Of a stretch of DNA of 27,545 nucleotides, positions 24,489 to 27,545 are shown one piece after another. The notes beneath the pieces are model-generated. The model was given only the letters and a program-made list of their open reading frames with translations. It searched no databases and was not told where the DNA came from. The position numbers and the translations under genes are program-made. Position 1 is the first letter of the stretch; the number at the start of each line of letters is the position of its first letter. Source of the DNA: a virus (lineage: Duplodnaviria; Caudoviricetes); IMG/VR virus record IMGVR_UViG_3300048574_000076, positions 1 through 27,545 of that record. The stretch is one strand, 5' to 3'.

Positions 24489-26014
24489 TGTCCCGCCTCC
24501 GCGTCGCCGGGATCGAGGCCACCAGCCCCCGCCTCCGGGTCGCTGGAATCGAGGCGGCGGGCACCGTCCCGTCCACCGCACGCTTCCGGATTGCCGGCAT
24601 CGAGGCCGTGGGCCCGTCGAAGCGGTGGGTGCGGATGCCGGGAGGCTCCTGGCAGCCGACCACCAAGGTCCGCTCCGCGCTCGGCGTCCCGATCACACCA
24701 CCCGACCCGGTCCCCGGCACCCTCACCGCCTGGACCACCCGACCGGTCGGCAGCGACTACGTGACCATCGAGTCCCTGATCCAGGCCGGGGACGTCGCAT
24801 CCACCAGCACCGAGCCGGACGGCCGGACCTGCTGGCACTTCGCCGCCGGCAAATTCCAGGCGCTGGTCAACCGGCTCCCGGACGGCAAGACGATGACCTT
24901 CCCCACCGGAGTGTTCGAGGTCAACGAACCCGACTGGCACATCTCCTCCGGCTACGTCCCCGGCGCGGTCCGCTGGCCCAAGACCAGCCCCGGCGCGATC
25001 GGCTACTGCCCGCCCGGCACCCACTGGGGCGACGCCAACCCACTCCGCACCACCATCCGCGTCAAGACCGCCACCGCACCCGCCGTGAACGTCGCCGGAT
25101 CCTGGTTCCAAGTCGGCTTCTCCGGCAGCGTCGCCCAGCACTGGGCCAACCTCCACTTCGAAGGCACCGACCAAGGCACCCAGACCGCCGGCAACACCGG
25201 CACCAACTCCGGTCCCGGGAACAACGGCTACGACCGCAGGATCTACACGAACTTCTTGGCTTGGAACGTGGCGGCTGGCTCGACCTTCCGCGACATCCTG
25301 TCCACCGGCGCGTACGGCAACAACGGCGCACCCCCCGGCGAGAGCTTCCTGTTCCAGGTGTACGGCGGCGGCAGCCAGGTCATCACCGACATCACCATGT
25401 GCCGGGTCTGTGGAGACGGCCGCCGGTCGACCACCGACACCCACTGCTACCCGGCCGCCGGCATCACCTACGGCAACGCCGTAGGCTGCGTCATGACCGA
25501 CTGCCACGTCCGCCACGTCTCCAGAGCCGGATTCGTCTGGTTCCAGACCGCGCTGTGCGAGACGTACGACTGCGACTCCGGGATCCGCACCTCCGCGGCC
25601 GACAACGTCTACCACGACGAACTCAACTCCTCCGGCGTACAGACCGACGTCGCGACCCACGGCGACTGGTGGAATCACGAACGCACCACCGGCACAATCC
25701 ACACCAGGCCCGGCTTCGGATGCTTCCCCAAAGGCACCACCGACGTGCACTGCTCCCACTCCGGCGACAGCTACGTCGTCACCGACAGCAGCAGCGGCAG
25801 CTCCTGGCCCACCGCCAACGGCAGCCTCACCATCGCAGACCCCACCTACATCTCCCCGATCTTCGGCGACGGCCTGTGGACCTGCATGTCCTGGGGACCC
25901 ACCTACGGCAGCAACCCCGCCACCACCACAACCCCGCCGGTCTTCACCCGAAACGGCGCGGCGGCCAAATACAGGTGGAACCAGTACGGCACCTGGTACG
26001 TCAGGAACGGCTGA
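24488..26014 (+). CDS. Putative beta-helix (pectate-lyase-like) tailspike or depolymerase
   Basis: FQALVNRLPDGKTMTFPTGVFEV resembles a beta-helix cap; periodic beta rungs (ANLHFEG, STFRDILSTG, GCVMTDCHVRH); triple N-terminal repeat; TGATG coupling. Confidence 0.6.
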   Translation: MSRLRVAGIEATSPRLRVAGIEAAGTVPSTARFRIAGIEAVGPSKRWVRMPGGSWQPTTKVRSALGVPITPPDPVPGTLTAWTTRPVGSDYVTIESLIQAGDVASTSTEPDGRTCWHFAAGKFQALVNRLPDGKTMTFPTGVFEVNEPDWHISSGYVPGAVRWPKTSPGAIGYCPPGTHWGDANPLRTTIRVKTATAPAVNVAGSWFQVGFSGSVAQHWANLHFEGTDQGTQTAGNTGTNSGPGNNGYDRRIYTNFLAWNVAAGSTFRDILSTGAYGNNGAPPGESFLFQVYGGGSQVITDITMCRVCGDGRRSTTDTHCYPAAGITYGNAVGCVMTDCHVRHVSRAGFVWFQTALCETYDCDSGIRTSAADNVYHDELNSSGVQTDVATHGDWWNHERTTGTIHTRPGFGCFPKGTTDVHCSHSGDSYVVTDSSSGSSWPTANGSLTIADPTYISPIFGDGLWTCMSWGPTYGSNPATTTTPPVFTRNGAAAKYRWNQYGTWYVRNG

Positions 26015-26024
26015 CCCAAAACCT

Positions 26025-26075
26025 CACGAAACCGCAAGGGCCCCACCCGGAGATCCCGGGTGGGGCGCTTTCGTG
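26025..26075. terminator. Bidirectional terminator between convergent operons
   Basis: GCCCCACCCGG-AGATC-CCGGGTGGGGC (26040-26066), flanked by CACGAAA and TTTCGTG. Confidence 0.75.
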
Positions 26076-26125
26076 CGTTCAGACCCCTGGCTCACCCCCG
26101 CAACGGCGGGGACGGGTAGAACACA

Positions 26126-26545
26126 CTATCGGCTGATGAGCCTGTCCGCGGCCTGTGATGCCAGACCGAGCGCCATCCGCTCCTCCTCGGTCGACTCGAG
26201 CGCGAACCCGACCGGCAGCCACGAGCGCACCATTTTCAGCGCAGTGAGGAGCTGCAGGGGTTCGCTCGGGTTCAGCCGTGCCTGCACCTGCTGCTGCTGG
26301 TACGGGTCGAGATAGCTGAGGAGCATCGTGCACGCGGCGATGATTGCCGCCTCTGGCCTGCCACCGCCAGCGACCTCTCCCTGCATCGCGAGCCACCGGT
26401 AAATCGTCTGCCGGGTCACCCCGGCCGCCTCAGCCAGGTCGGTGATGCTCACCCCGTCGCGCTTGGCCTCTGCGACCGTCTGCCGGAGACGCGCAGCGGC
26501 CGCCTCGCTCTCCCGTGCAGCGGCAGTCACCGCCTCGATGCTCAC
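26126..26545 (-). CDS. Helix-turn-helix DNA-binding protein
   Basis: GVSITDLAEAAGVTRQTIYRWL HTH; start at GTG 26545, a GTGA overlap with the upstream gene. Confidence 0.85.
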   Translation of the reverse strand: MSIEAVTAAARESEAAAARLRQTVAEAKRDGVSITDLAEAAGVTRQTIYRWLAMQGEVAGGGRPEAAIIAACTMLLSYLDPYQQQQVQARLNPSEPLQLLTALKMVRSWLPVGFALESTEEERMALGLASQAADRLISR

Positions 26546-26802
26546 GCCTCGACCCCCCACACCGTGCGGACCTTGTCGCGCAGGAAGGCCAGCGCCTGCG
26601 CCTCAGTCCACAGTTCGAATTGTGAGGTGCCGGCGAGCTGGGTGAAGGTGCCGTCGGCGAGCTTGTGGAAGAGGCCCTCGCCGGCCCGGTTCGTCGCGTA
26701 GACCAACTCGTGGCCGGTGTCGGTGTCGGTGACCGAGAATCGGCGGTAGGAGCCGACCTCGTCGCGCGGGGCCTCAACCTCGCGGGTGTCGTAGGTGATC
26801 AT
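26542..26802 (-). CDS. Hypothetical protein
   Basis: GAAAGGGA RBS before ATG 26802; good codon bias; coupled to the HTH gene. Confidence 0.75.
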   Translation of the reverse strand: MITYDTREVEAPRDEVGSYRRFSVTDTDTGHELVYATNRAGEGLFHKLADGTFTQLAGTSQFELWTEAQALAFLRDKVRTVWGVEA

Positions 26803-26845
26803 CGATGGAGTCCCTTTCAAGTAGTCGTGAGTTATCGGGTTGGTC

Positions 26846-27046
26846 TCAGGCGTGGGCGATTGCGCAGGCGAGCGCGTCTTCGCGGTTGCTGTGGTTGTGC
26901 GAGCAGTTCCAGTCGAGGACCTGCGCCCGAGCGTAGGAAGAGTTCATCCAGATCTCGCCCCGGAAGCCGCCGCTGGCCGCGAGGGCGACCTTGGCCTCGG
27001 TGTACTCGTCGATCCACTTGGTGTAGCTGCTGCTCTTGCTGGTCAT
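26846..27046 (-). CDS. Hypothetical protein (66 aa, possible C-x-H-x-H metal site)
   Basis: GAAGGGA RBS; first gene after the leftward promoter; WNCSHNH...ALACA motif. Confidence 0.72.
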   Translation of the reverse strand: MTSKSSSYTKWIDEYTEAKVALAASGGFRGEIWMNSSYARAQVLDWNCSHNHSNREDALACAIAHA

Positions 27047-27069
27047 TTCGGGTTCCCTTCCCCCTTGGT

Positions 27070-27109
27070 CTGTATGACCATCATACAGCTAGAGTGTATG
27101 ATGATGCAA
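27070..27109 (-). promoter_or_regulatory. SigA promoter with overlapping TGTATGA operator half-sites
   Basis: Minus strand TTGCAT-N18-TATGAT. Palindromes CTGTATGA-CCA-TCATACAG (27070-27088) and CATCATACA-N7-TGTATGATG (27079-27103). Confidence 0.75.
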
Positions 27110-27149
27110 CACTTTCCCGAGGGAGATTCGAGAATCTTGCCGCCGAATC

Positions 27150-27461
27150 TCACCAGCGCACCGCCTCCCGCTCCACACCATGCACACCCGCAATCCACTG
27201 CGCCACGTCGATCCACGTCGCCACATCCACACTGCGCAGCCACGTCCGCCGGGACACCCCACGCTTCTCCCACGCGACCAGCATCGCCCCGTCGTCCACC
27301 CACTCCAGGCGGGCCGGCACGATCACCGGGCCTGACGGCCAGTCCAGACGCACCAAGACAAGCCTGCCTTGGCCGTTGTAGCCGCGCTTCTTGCCGTGCG
27401 GCTCACTGATCGAGTTGCGCGGCGCCGGATACAGGCGTTTCGACTCGTCCTCTCCCCACAT
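27150..27461 (-). CDS. Hypothetical small Trp-rich beta protein, likely SOS-regulated
   Basis: Leaderless start: TAACCT -10, 6 nt, then ATG, directly after a LexA box. Confidence 0.72.
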   Translation of the reverse strand: MWGEDESKRLYPAPRNSISEPHGKKRGYNGQGRLVLVRLDWPSGPVIVPARLEWVDDGAMLVAWEKRGVSRRTWLRSVDVATWIDVAQWIAGVHGVEREAVRW

Positions 27462-27473
27462 GGGGCGAGGTTA

Positions 27474-27489
27474 TCGAACGTGGGTTCGA
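27474..27489. promoter_or_regulatory. LexA (SOS) box
   Basis: TCGAAC-GTGG-GTTCGA, an exact match to the actinobacterial consensus TCGAAC-N4-GTTCGA. Confidence 0.85.
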
Positions 27490-27545
27490 ACACGCTAGAG
27501 CACTGTGGGCCTATGATGATCGGAGCTCACGCAACCGAATTGAGC

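Noticed and set aside
15982-26014. Diversity-generating retroelement or invertible tail-fibre switch
   Set aside because: No reverse transcriptase, invertase, TR/VR pair or flanking inverted sites seen.
27500-27545. Rightward promoter (TATGAT) or att site at the window end
   Set aside because: No matching -35 and no downstream gene or integrase visible within the window.

Overview
This window is the late (virion assembly and lysis) arm of a high-GC actinobacterial siphovirus or prophage; its tape-measure N-terminus recalls Propionibacteriales phages. Plus strand, in order: structured non-coding region, HNH nuclease, probable cos region, Zn-finger/primase-polymerase gene, TerS, TerL, portal, MuF-like protein, scaffold, major capsid with a C-terminal extension, head-tail adaptor and stopper, then an inserted DUF4417 + MGGRG-protein + 59-aa cassette. 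These are followed by the neck protein, tail terminator, major tail protein, -1 frameshifted tail chaperones, a reverse-strand DUF2510 moron, tape measure, distal tail protein and a large hub/FN3 tail protein. The lysis cassette carries an unusual NlpC/P60-DUF218 endolysin and a holin, and three more tail or receptor-binding-like genes follow it. The window ends with a leftward HTH operon and a LexA-box-controlled small gene. The best candidate for an undescribed system is the translationally coupled DUF4417/MGGRG cassette inside the neck genes, followed by the peptidase-DUF218 lysin with its acidic partner peptide. All family calls come from motif recognition by eye; no searches were run.
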